A stretch of 64,000 nucleotides of DNA, taken from the NCBI GenBank assembly GCA_963848295.1, contig CAWKDB010000010.1, forward strand, positions 4,672,001 to 4,736,000, given 5' to 3'. This document shows positions 42,539-51,176 of the stretch, one piece after another. Position numbers and translations under genes: made by a program. Positions within the stretch are counted from its first letter, which is position 1; each line of letters opens with the position of its first letter. The notes beneath the pieces are model-generated. The model searched no databases. It was not told where the DNA came from and worked only from the letters and a program-made list of their open reading frames with translations. Source of the DNA: an uncultured delta proteobacterium. GTDB taxonomy: Bacteria; Myxococcota_A; Polyangia; Haliangiales; Haliangiaceae.

Positions 42539-43883
42539 GCACGACCTCGCCGGTCGCATCGATCGCGAGCGTGCCGAGTGGCTGGACGACCGGCTTGCGG
42601 TCGACGTCGAGCTCGAGCGCGAGCGTGTAGCGGCCGGGCGGCGGCATCGCGTTGCCGCGTTGCACGGTGCTGGCTTGGTCGCCATCGCAGTGCAACGCGA
42701 TCGAGGACGCGGTGAGCGCCACCGCGGTGCCGCCGGCGGTGACCGCGGTGAGCTTGGCGTCGCTCGCCCGTGCGTTCGGTGCGAGGCAGATCACGTCGAC
42801 CACGATCGCGCCACGCTCGAGCTTCACGCGAGCGACCGCGGGCGGGGCGGCTTGGGCCGGCTTCGCACGCCTGCGCTCACCCTGCACGAGCGCGTAGAGC
42901 GCGTCGGGATCGGTCTCGACCTGATAGCGGTTCGCGAGTGCGGTCTTCGCGGTCTCGCGGTTCGCGACGGTCGCGGGCGAATCGGGATCGCCGCCGATCG
43001 ACGCGACCAGGCCCGCGACCGGCACCGCCGCAGCCCGGACGGCGGGATCCGGGTCGGCGAGCAGCGCGATCACCGGCTCGGCGAGCGGCGGATTGGTGAC
43101 CACCTGCATCGGGCGGCGGGCGACCGCGGCGAGCGCATGCACGCGGAGCTCGCTGGGGTGGCTCGGCTCGCCGGCGTAGGCGACGAGCGCGGTCGCGGTC
43201 GCGAAGTCCGGGCGCAGGTCCGGCTCGCCGTGATCGCGTTGGTCGGCGAGCAACGCGCCTTCGAGATCGCCGCCGGCGACGAGCAGATCGCGAACCTCCG
43301 CGGCGAGCGCATCGACGTAGAAGCCACTCGCGGTCGCATCGCCGCGGGGCGCGAGCAGGGCGAGCGCGGCCGTGCGCCGCTTGAATAGATCGCGCTCGGC
43401 ACGCACGACCGGCAGCAGCGCGACCCGGCGCACCGCGTCTCCGATCGCGAACGCGAGATCGGCGCGACCGAGCTGCGCGGTTTGCTGCCACTGGTCGCGC
43501 GGATCTTGGCCTTGCGGCACCGCGGTCCACCCGCCGGGATTGTTCCACTGCTCGTAGCGGTCGATCTTGCCACCGACGACGATGCGCAGCCCCGACGGCA
43601 CGAGCTCGTAGCCGATGCCGTGCTTCGCGAGGAACGCGTACATCCGGGGCTCGGTGCCGGCAGGAAAGTCGTACAGCGAGTCGTCGAGCGCGAGCTCGAT
43701 GCCGGTCGCGATCGACCCGCGCAGACGAGCGACGACGTGAAACCGACCGGGTGCTACACGGTCGACGATCGCGATCGACTCGCTGCGCAGCACGAGCCCC
43801 GCGAGGTCGTAGTGCTCCATCATCATCGCATCGGCGCGGCGAGTCGCGAGCACGACGGCGAGCACGAGCAAGACACGCCTCAT
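42528..43883 (-). CDS. Hypothetical secreted protein with a HEAT-like repeat
   Basis: Signal peptide MRRVLLVLAVVLATRRADA; LLADPDPAVRAAA. Confidence 0.7.
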   Translation of the reverse strand: MRRVLLVLAVVLATRRADAMMMEHYDLAGLVLRSESIAIVDRVAPGRFHVVARLRGSIATGIELALDDSLYDFPAGTEPRMYAFLAKHGIGYELVPSGLRIVVGGKIDRYEQWNNPGGWTAVPQGQDPRDQWQQTAQLGRADLAFAIGDAVRRVALLPVVRAERDLFKRRTAALALLAPRGDATASGFYVDALAAEVRDLLVAGGDLEGALLADQRDHGEPDLRPDFATATALVAYAGEPSHPSELRVHALAAVARRPMQVVTNPPLAEPVIALLADPDPAVRAAAVPVAGLVASIGGDPDSPATVANRETAKTALANRYQVETDPDALYALVQGERRRAKPAQAAPPAVARVKLERGAIVVDVICLAPNARASDAKLTAVTAGGTAVALTASSIALHCDGDQASTVQRGNAMPPPGRYTLALELDVDRKPVVQPLGTLAIDATGEVVLSR

Positions 43884-43901
43884 CGCGCTAGTGTGCCAGC
43901 G

Positions 43902-44828
43902 ATGCCTGGCCGATTCGAGGACCGCGCGACCCGACCGATTCGCGGCCCCGGAGACATCTTGAGGTGGAAGCTCGGGCGCAAGGAGCCGCGGCGCGAAGAC
44001 TTCGCGGAGCTCGATGCGATTCGTCCGCGGGTGCGCGAAGGCGGAGCGGAGGCGCTCGCGAGCGGGCAGCCGGTCGCGGTGTGGATCGGCCATGCGACCT
44101 GGGCGTTGCGTCTCGGCGGCGCGATGATCGTCACCGACCCGATCTGGGCGGACCGGATCTCCGGCGTCGTGCCCCGGCTCGTCGAGCCCGGTGTCGCGCT
44201 CGATGCGCTGCCACCGGTCGACGTCGTGCTGGTCACCCACGATCATCGCGATCACATGGATCTGCCGACGCTGCGCGCGCTCGGTCGCAACGCGACATTC
44301 GTCGTGCCGCTCGGCAACGGCGAGCGGATCGCGAAGCTCGGCCACGACAAGATCGTCGAGCTCGACTGGTGGCAGACCCACGAGCTCGGCGCGCTCGAGA
44401 TCACGCTCGTGCCGTCGCGCCACTGGTCGATGCGCATGCCGTGGAACCGCAACGCGACGCTGTGGGGCGGCTACGTCGTGCGCGCGCCCGAAGGCACCGC
44501 GTATCACTCGGGCGACACCGCGTGGGGCGATCACTTCGCGGAGATCGCCGCGCGGTGCGCGCCGATCGATTGGGCGATGCTGCCGATCGGCGGCTATGCG
44601 CCGCGCTGGTTCATGGAGCCGCAGCACATCGATCCCGACGAGGCGGTGCGCGCGTTCGAGGCGCTCGGCGCGCGCAACATGCTCGCGATGCACTGGGGCA
44701 CGTTCCGGCTGACCGACGAGGCGGTCGGCGAGCCCGCCGAGCGACTGCGCGCGTCCTGGCTTGCGCGCGGGCTCGCGGCGGATCGGCTGTGGCTGTGCGA
44801 CGTCGGCGAGGCGCGCCGGCTGGGATAA
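43902..44828 (+). CDS. Metallo-beta-lactamase-fold hydrolase (NAPE-PLD/RomA-like)
   Basis: WIGHAT, TDPIW, THDHRDHMD, RHWS, SGDT, LPIGGY, MHWGTF. Confidence 0.92.
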   Translation: MPGRFEDRATRPIRGPGDILRWKLGRKEPRREDFAELDAIRPRVREGGAEALASGQPVAVWIGHATWALRLGGAMIVTDPIWADRISGVVPRLVEPGVALDALPPVDVVLVTHDHRDHMDLPTLRALGRNATFVVPLGNGERIAKLGHDKIVELDWWQTHELGALEITLVPSRHWSMRMPWNRNATLWGGYVVRAPEGTAYHSGDTAWGDHFAEIAARCAPIDWAMLPIGGYAPRWFMEPQHIDPDEAVRAFEALGARNMLAMHWGTFRLTDEAVGEPAERLRASWLARGLAADRLWLCDVGEARRLG

Positions 44829-44841
44829 CGCGAACCGCGGG

Positions 44842-45360
44842 CTAAGGTTCCTGGAGGCTCGCCGCGGCATCGCGGATCACAGGATCCGGATCGGCCGCGA
44901 GCGTGCCGGCATCGAACGGCGCGGTCGGATCGCCGGCACGAGCGAGCGTCGCCTCCGTGTCGAGCGCCGCGAGCCGCAGCTCGACCCAGCGATCGCTGCG
45001 TTGCGCGAGCGCGAACCAGCTCGTTCGCCAGCTCGCGATGTCGTCGTCGGCGAGATCGTCGGGCAACGCGCGACTCGCGAGATCACGGGCGATCGCTCGT
45101 GCCGCGAGCGCAGCGGGGATCGCGGTGCGGCGGTCCGAGCCGGCCGCCACGATCGCGAGCGCGGGGAGCAGCTCTGCGCGATCTTCGACGGCGGGCGCCG
45201 CCGTGATCGCCGCGAGCACGGTCGCGCGATCGGGCGAGGCCAGCGCGCGCTCGACCATGGCCGGCCCGGCCCGCTCACCCTGGCGCGCGCACTCGTCGAG
45301 ATCGCCTCGCCGGAACGCGACCACCATGGCGGCGATGGCGGCTAGAACGGCGGGGCTCAC
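44842..45360 (-). CDS. Hypothetical HEAT-like helical protein
   Basis: Ala-rich helices, ADPDPVIRDAA; start codon uncertain. Confidence 0.55.
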   Translation of the reverse strand: MSPAVLAAIAAMVVAFRRGDLDECARQGERAGPAMVERALASPDRATVLAAITAAPAVEDRAELLPALAIVAAGSDRRTAIPAALAARAIARDLASRALPDDLADDDIASWRTSWFALAQRSDRWVELRLAALDTEATLARAGDPTAPFDAGTLAADPDPVIRDAAASLQEP

Positions 45361-45413
45361 CCCGAGATCGTCGCCGACCGAGGTGCCTTGGTGCCGAAAC
45401 TTTGAGAGAAAAA

Positions 45414-45459
45414 TTGACAGGGTGATGATGTGTTCAGTACCGTCATTCCGTTCAGTACC
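45414..45459 (+). promoter_or_regulatory. lexA promoter with candidate operator repeats
   Basis: TTGACA at 45414-45419 after an A-tract; TACCGT at 45438-45443; GTTCAGTACC at 45432-45441 and 45450-45459. Confidence 0.75.
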
Positions 45460-45473
45460 CTTCAAAGGTGGCC

Positions 45474-46154
45474 ATGGCCGACGCACTCACCCAACGCCAG
45501 CGCGAGATTCTCGACTTCATTTCGGCGTCGATCGTCGAGCGCGGCTTCCCGCCGACGCTCCGCGAGATCGGCGAGCACTTCAGCATCCGGTCGACCAACG
45601 GAGTCAACGACCACCTGAAAGCGCTCGAGAAAAAGGGCGTGCTTCGCCGAGAGGATCTCAAGTCGCGAGCGATGCGCCCGGTGCTGCCCGACGGCTCGGG
45701 GGAGCTCGTCGCGATGCGGCCCGGCGGCGTCGCTGGTACCGGCGTCCACGCGGTGGACGCCGACCTCTGTGAGGTCCCGATCGTGGGGCGAGTTGCCGCA
45801 GGGCAGCCGATCCTTGCGGTCGAAAACGTGTCGGATACCGTGAAGATCGACCGCGTGCTGCTGGGCGGCCATCGCGAGGTGTTCGGGCTCAAGATCGTCG
45901 GTGAATCGATGATCGAAGACGGCATCCTCGACGGTGATTACGTGTTCGTCAAGAAGACGCCGAGTGCTGGCAACGGAGAGATCGTCGTCGCGATGATCGA
46001 CGGAGAAGCGACGGTGAAGCGCTATTTCCCCGAGGGCGACCGCGTCCGGTTCCAGCCGGCAAACTCGAACATGGCGCCGATCTACGTCCGCAAGGCTGAC
46101 TTCAAGTCAGTGGATATCATCGGGGTTGTCGTCGGCGTGTACCGCAAGCTGTAG
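45474..46154 (+). CDS. lexA: SOS repressor LexA
   Basis: [19 protein letters not shown] wHTH; VAAG cleavage site; GESM Ser; ATVK Lys. Confidence 0.97.
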   Translation: MADALTQRQREILDFISASIVERGFPPTLREIGEHFSIRSTNGVNDHLKALEKKGVLRREDLKSRAMRPVLPDGSGELVAMRPGGVAGTGVHAVDADLCEVPIVGRVAAGQPILAVENVSDTVKIDRVLLGGHREVFGLKIVGESMIEDGILDGDYVFVKKTPSAGNGEIVVAMIDGEATVKRYFPEGDRVRFQPANSNMAPIYVRKADFKSVDIIGVVVGVYRKL

Positions 46155-46196
46155 CTGCTTTCGCGCGAATTCGAGCAACGGCTTTGGCCGTCGCGT

Positions 46197-48698
46197 GTGT
46201 CAAACTCATGGCTCGTGGCACGCGCGCGCAGATATCGCAGCCGATGGCTGTGGATTCCCGCGATTGCCGCCTCGGCAACCGCGCAGGGCACGGCGCTGTT
46301 CGCGTTCCATGCGACGCGTTCGCCGCCGAAACCCCAGTTGACGATTCGACTTGGCGAAGCGGCGTCGAGCTGGGACTCCGGGATCGAAACGACACCCGAT
46401 CCGGGCACGGCACTCACGTTGGTCGATGCCAGCCCGCACCGGGCAGGCCAGCTCGACAAGTTTACGGTGACGGTCGACAGCCGCGGCGGGGTGCTCGCCG
46501 GCGAGCTTGCCCACGACCAGCCGACGCGCTTCGTGCTGCCCGATCACGACGATACGCTGCGCGTCCACGTCACGGCTGCGGACGGCAGGCAGTGGACCAA
46601 ACGCGTCGATCTCAAGGCGCACGAAGACACCGCGCTCGCGATCGCGTACATGCCGGCGCACGGCCAGGTGCTGGTCACGCGCGACGGCGATGCCGAGACG
46701 CTGATGCGCTGCTCGGATCCGCGTTGCGACGTCACGGTCGAGCCGGGAACGAAGATCACGCTCACCGCGATCAAGGCCGACGGCTGGCTGTTCGGCGGCT
46801 ACCGCCAGTACCCGATGCGCACGCCGAGCGCGCTCCAGCCGTGGCTCGGCGATCCACTCGCGCATTGCCTCGCGGGCGACGCGATGGCTGCCGCGGCGGC
46901 GGGCGACACGAGCCAGTGCCAGCTCACGATCACCGCCGATACCGACGTCGCGATCGAGTTCCCGAAAGCGCCCGACCACATCGATGTCGCGTTCGACGAC
47001 GCGTACGAGAAGGTGATCAAGCCGCGGACGCCGCCGCCACCCCCGCCGCCGATCGACGCCGAGAAGCTGCAGGAAAAAGAGCTGCAAGTTGCGATCGCGC
47101 CGCCGCCGAAGGTGCCGCCGCCCGTCATCCCGCCACCGCCACCGCCGCCCCAGCAAAAGAAACAACCGCCGCCGAAGCAGCCGCCGCCGAACATGACCGC
47201 GGTCGAGGTCGCGGACAAGCACATCGTCGACAAGGCGCCCGACGACGCGAAGTTCATCAGCGACAAGAACCGCGACGTCGCCGAAGAAACCCGCGCGACG
47301 AAGACGAACCTCGACAAGGAATCCGACGGCCAGGCCGAGGCCTCGCGCGAGAGCGACGATCACACGAGCAAGGACATCGGCGGCCCGGACGACAAGATCC
47401 GCCAGCTCGAGGACGCGAAAGCGACGACCGACAAACACCTGAAGGCGACCGACCACTCCGGCAAGGACGAAGTCGCGAAGGGCGAGATCCGCGGCGACGG
47501 CGGTCAGAACGGCGACAACGGCACCGGCGATAACACGCCCGGTGTGCTGTCGATGCGCGGCATCGGCGGGCGCGGCTCGATCACCGACCAAGCGCACGAC
47601 GGCCGCAAGATCGGGAAGTCCGGCCTCCCGGGGCTCAACTCGAACATGGCGTTCAACGACTACGAGCGCTTGATGGGCAAGGAGGCGATGGACGAGGAGC
47701 GCGAGGTGTCGGCGCGCAAGATGTCGAGCAAGAAGGGCCGGTGGCAGGCGAAGCTCGACGCGGTCAAGAGCTCGCTCGAGAACTTCGTCCCCGACGTCCG
47801 CACCGGCAATCAGACCGCGCTCAAGACGCGCGCGCATCCGTACGCGCTGTACATCGCGCGCATGCACCGGCGGATCCACGAGCTGTGGGGCTTCGGCTTT
47901 CTCGAGGATCTCGACAACAAGGGCGCGGACTATCCGCTCAACGATCCGAACCTGTGGGTCAACCTCGAAGTCTCGGTCAACGCCGACGGCTCGCTGCACA
48001 AGGTCACGATCGCGAAGACCTCGGGCAAGACCGAGTTCGATGTCGCCGCGGTCGACGCCGTGATCTCGGCCGGACCGTACGAACCGACGCCGGAAGCGAT
48101 CCGCTCCGTCGACGGCCGGATCTACCTGCGCTGGGGCTTCTATCGCAACTGGCGGCAGTGCGGCACGTTCAACGTCGAACCGTACATCCTCACGTCGGTG
48201 CCGACCGATAGCGACGGCGGCGTGCTCGACGACGGCGCGATGGTGAAGAACATCGGAAAGATGCCGCGCATCACGCCGAAGCATCACCCGATCGGCGAGA
48301 ACACGGCGACGCCCGACGACGGTCTCGACAAGCAACAGGCATCGCCGGCGACATCGGTGACCGACAAGCAAGCCGTGTTCGCCGCGAACCTATGGGTCAC
48401 CGGCTATGCCACCGCGCAAGTCGACAAGCTGGTCTCGGTATCGACCGTGCCGTTCTATGCGGCGGGCAAGGTCGCGGCGCAGACCCCGGGCGACCTCAAA
48501 GAGATGTACAGCGGTCTGATCGTCGAGTCAGGTCCGTTCAAGGACTACAAGTTGATGACCGGCAAGGAGTACGCGCCGAACGCGGGACTCCCCGACGGCA
48601 ATCTCGTGCTGCAGGTGCGCACCGAGAAAGCGACGTTCGCGGTCGTGCTCACGCGTACCGGCTCGGGCGAATATCGCGCGACGCAGATCGCGCGATAG
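46197..48698 (+). CDS. Large TonB C-terminal-domain protein with Ig-like N-terminus and Pro-rich linker
   Basis: N-terminal hydrophobic segment, poly-Pro tract, YIARMHRRIHELW...SVNADGSL..V.IAKTSG..EFDVAAVDAV. Confidence 0.8.
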   Translation: MSNSWLVARARRYRSRWLWIPAIAASATAQGTALFAFHATRSPPKPQLTIRLGEAASSWDSGIETTPDPGTALTLVDASPHRAGQLDKFTVTVDSRGGVLAGELAHDQPTRFVLPDHDDTLRVHVTAADGRQWTKRVDLKAHEDTALAIAYMPAHGQVLVTRDGDAETLMRCSDPRCDVTVEPGTKITLTAIKADGWLFGGYRQYPMRTPSALQPWLGDPLAHCLAGDAMAAAAAGDTSQCQLTITADTDVAIEFPKAPDHIDVAFDDAYEKVIKPRTPPPPPPPIDAEKLQEKELQVAIAPPPKVPPPVIPPPPPPPQQKKQPPPKQPPPNMTAVEVADKHIVDKAPDDAKFISDKNRDVAEETRATKTNLDKESDGQAEASRESDDHTSKDIGGPDDKIRQLEDAKATTDKHLKATDHSGKDEVAKGEIRGDGGQNGDNGTGDNTPGVLSMRGIGGRGSITDQAHDGRKIGKSGLPGLNSNMAFNDYERLMGKEAMDEEREVSARKMSSKKGRWQAKLDAVKSSLENFVPDVRTGNQTALKTRAHPYALYIARMHRRIHELWGFGFLEDLDNKGADYPLNDPNLWVNLEVSVNADGSLHKVTIAKTSGKTEFDVAAVDAVISAGPYEPTPEAIRSVDGRIYLRWGFYRNWRQCGTFNVEPYILTSVPTDSDGGVLDDGAMVKNIGKMPRITPKHHPIGENTATPDDGLDKQQASPATSVTDKQAVFAANLWVTGYATAQVDKLVSVSTVPFYAAGKVAAQTPGDLKEMYSGLIVESGPFKDYKLMTGKEYAPNAGLPDGNLVLQVRTEKATFAVVLTRTGSGEYRATQIAR

Positions 48699-48911
48699 CT
48701 AGCCCTCGAGGACTTTGAGCACTCGTGCCGCGAACAACCCCTTGGGTCCGTCCGCTTCTTCGTACTCGACCTGTGCTCCCTGATTCAGGGTGCGAAACCC
48801 TTCACCCGTGATCGACGAGTAATGAACGAACACGTCCTTCCCGTCATCGGCCCGGCTGATAAAGCCATAGCCCTTGGCATCGTTGAACCACTTCACGGTA
48901 CCGAGCGCCAT
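48699..48911 (-). CDS. Cold-shock domain protein (CspA family)
   Basis: GTVKWFNDAKGYGFI (RNP1), DVFVHYS (RNP2); RBS GAGGAGGAG. Confidence 0.97.
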   Translation of the reverse strand: MALGTVKWFNDAKGYGFISRADDGKDVFVHYSSITGEGFRTLNQGAQVEYEEADGPKGLFAARVLKVLEG

Positions 48912-49115
48912 CGTAGACTCCTCCTCACCTTGCCCACCTACCGGGGTGGGTACGTGTGTTGAAACACTGGCCGCGCGCCCGCTCAACTGGAATTTCTGAA
49001 AAACCACCCGCGTGCTGGAAATCTTCAACGCCAGCGAAATGATTGAAACCACAGCGGTAACCAGCAGTACCGAGTTCCGAGTTATCAACCCGTCTCGCGC
49101 GTTGTTAAGGGACCC

Positions 49116-51176
49116 ATGAGGCATCTGTCGATCGTCATCTTGGCCGCGTGCTCGTCGGGCTCACCGAGTGAAACTCCGCCCGCGATCGCGACACCCGCCG
49201 CACCTCGCGCCGAGCCCAAGCGGCCGCGGGACCTGATCGTGCACGCCGCACCGAGCGCGGCGATCTCGGTGATCTCCACGACCGACGACGGTGGCGCTGC
49301 CGCGACCGGCGACCAGTTCGGTGTTCGGTTATGGCCGACGCTCGACGGCATGGTCGAGCCGGTCGTCGTGCACGCCCCGATCGCGAAGGCGCTGGCGCTC
49401 GCGCGCGACGGTCGGGGCTTCGCGCTGGCGATCGTGGACGACGCCGGCGGGGGCACGGTGCTCCAGCTCGCGGCGACCGGCGAGGTCCGCGGCAAGGCGG
49501 CGATCCCGCCGGATCCGGGGATCGCGGCGATCATCGCGCTGTCGCACGGGTTCGTCGCGTTGCGCGCGGATCAGACGATCGTCGGTTACGACCTCCGCGG
49601 CGCGGTGCTCGGCTCGCTGACCTCCGAGCCCGGCACGCGGATCGCGAACCTCGTGACTCGCGGCGATGCGGCGCTCGCGCTGATCGAGCGCGGCAAACAC
49701 GTGCAGGGCCGATGGATCACGCTCGCGAAGCGGCCGGCGTGGGGCGAGACGACGGCCGAGTTCGCGGTCGACGCCAAGACCGTCGTGTTATCGCCGGATC
49801 GAGCCTCGATCGCGGCGTCGACTCGCGATCACCACACGGTCTCGGTCGCGCTCGCCACCGGGGTGACCACCGCTAACGTGTGCGGCGATCCACCGGACCC
49901 GGGGCAGGTCGCGGCCGATCCGCGCATCGGTGCGCCGATCGGATTCCTACAACCGCACGTGCTGGCGTGCGATCAGCAAGGCATGGTCGCGTGGTTCACG
50001 AACGGGCTGCAACTCGCAACCGACCCCGAGGGTCGCGGACAACACGTGACGGCGATCGGTGACCATGGATTGGTCGAGGGCATCGGTACATCGATCGCCT
50101 TGCGCCGGCCCGGTCGCTCGCAGTTTCTCGGCTACGCGTATCGCGATCAGAATCAGACGCGGATCTCGGCGTCGGGCGTGCTGATGGGTCGCGGCGATCT
50201 TCGGCCGCTGTTGCTCGACTCGGCCCTGCGTCCGGTGCGGGTCTTCGATCTGCAGGCGCAGAAGGGCGAGGTCTCGGATCTCGCGGCGCTCGATAACCGC
50301 TACCTCGTCGTCGTACGCCAGAACCAGCGCGAGGCGCAGGTGTTGACGGAGGAGAGCCAGCAAGACAGGTCGAACATCGACAAGCAGTCGGGGGCTCAAC
50401 CGGTGATCGAGCTCCAGGTGTTCGACGCCGACACGCAGATGATCCATCAGCGCGTGTCGGTCGATCTGCAAGAATCGGTCGCGCTGCAGTACGTCCCGCG
50501 CGATCACATGCTCGTGGTGACCGGAACGATCGCCGGTATTGCTGGGGCGCGAGTCCTGGCGTTCGATCCGACCACGGGAACGCTCGGTCCGCCGATCGCG
50601 ATCGCGAACGTCGCGTTGTTCGCAATCGTCGATCCCGAGCGGTCGGGTGGGTTCGCGGCGGTCGGCGTCCGCACGACGCCGAGCGGGCCGATCGCGATCG
50701 GCGTTCGCGCCGATGATCTCGCGACGAATCGCGAACCGTCGGCGGTCCCGTTGTTTCCGATCGACGGCAACCCCGCCGCGATCGATCGCGATGGCGCGGT
50801 CTACGCGCTCGACGGCGAGGACGCGATTCGCTATCGGCTCGGGCCGCACGGCCGCACGAAGCTCAGGTTTGCGGGCGCAGGTGCGAAGCGACCTCGGCCG
50901 AGCGACGATGCCGAGTCGGTCGCGTTCGTCGGCGGCGAGGTGCTCGATGTCTACGACGCGAACGCCGGCGTGCAGCGCTGGCAAGTTCCGGCGGCGCAGC
51001 TCGCCGATGTCGGCTGGATGCCGGGCCGGGTCACGCTCATCTACCCGGGCGCGCTCGTCGAGCTCGATCCAGAAAACGGCAAGCCGATCATGCGAAGCTG
51101 TGGTTGGGCATTCCAGCTCGCGGATCACATGCTGCCGGAATCGAGCCAGACCGAGACCGTGTGCGATGCGGACTGA
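49116..51176 (+). CDS. Hypothetical beta-propeller-like lipoprotein (paralogue A)
   Basis: ILAAC lipobox; GVRLWPTLDG; C-terminal CGWAF...C. Confidence 0.75.
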   Translation: MRHLSIVILAACSSGSPSETPPAIATPAAPRAEPKRPRDLIVHAAPSAAISVISTTDDGGAAATGDQFGVRLWPTLDGMVEPVVVHAPIAKALALARDGRGFALAIVDDAGGGTVLQLAATGEVRGKAAIPPDPGIAAIIALSHGFVALRADQTIVGYDLRGAVLGSLTSEPGTRIANLVTRGDAALALIERGKHVQGRWITLAKRPAWGETTAEFAVDAKTVVLSPDRASIAASTRDHHTVSVALATGVTTANVCGDPPDPGQVAADPRIGAPIGFLQPHVLACDQQGMVAWFTNGLQLATDPEGRGQHVTAIGDHGLVEGIGTSIALRRPGRSQFLGYAYRDQNQTRISASGVLMGRGDLRPLLLDSALRPVRVFDLQAQKGEVSDLAALDNRYLVVVRQNQREAQVLTEESQQDRSNIDKQSGAQPVIELQVFDADTQMIHQRVSVDLQESVALQYVPRDHMLVVTGTIAGIAGARVLAFDPTTGTLGPPIAIANVALFAIVDPERSGGFAAVGVRTTPSGPIAIGVRADDLATNREPSAVPLFPIDGNPAAIDRDGAVYALDGEDAIRYRLGPHGRTKLRFAGAGAKRPRPSDDAESVAFVGGEVLDVYDANAGVQRWQVPAAQLADVGWMPGRVTLIYPGALVELDPENGKPIMRSCGWAFQLADHMLPESSQTETVCDAD

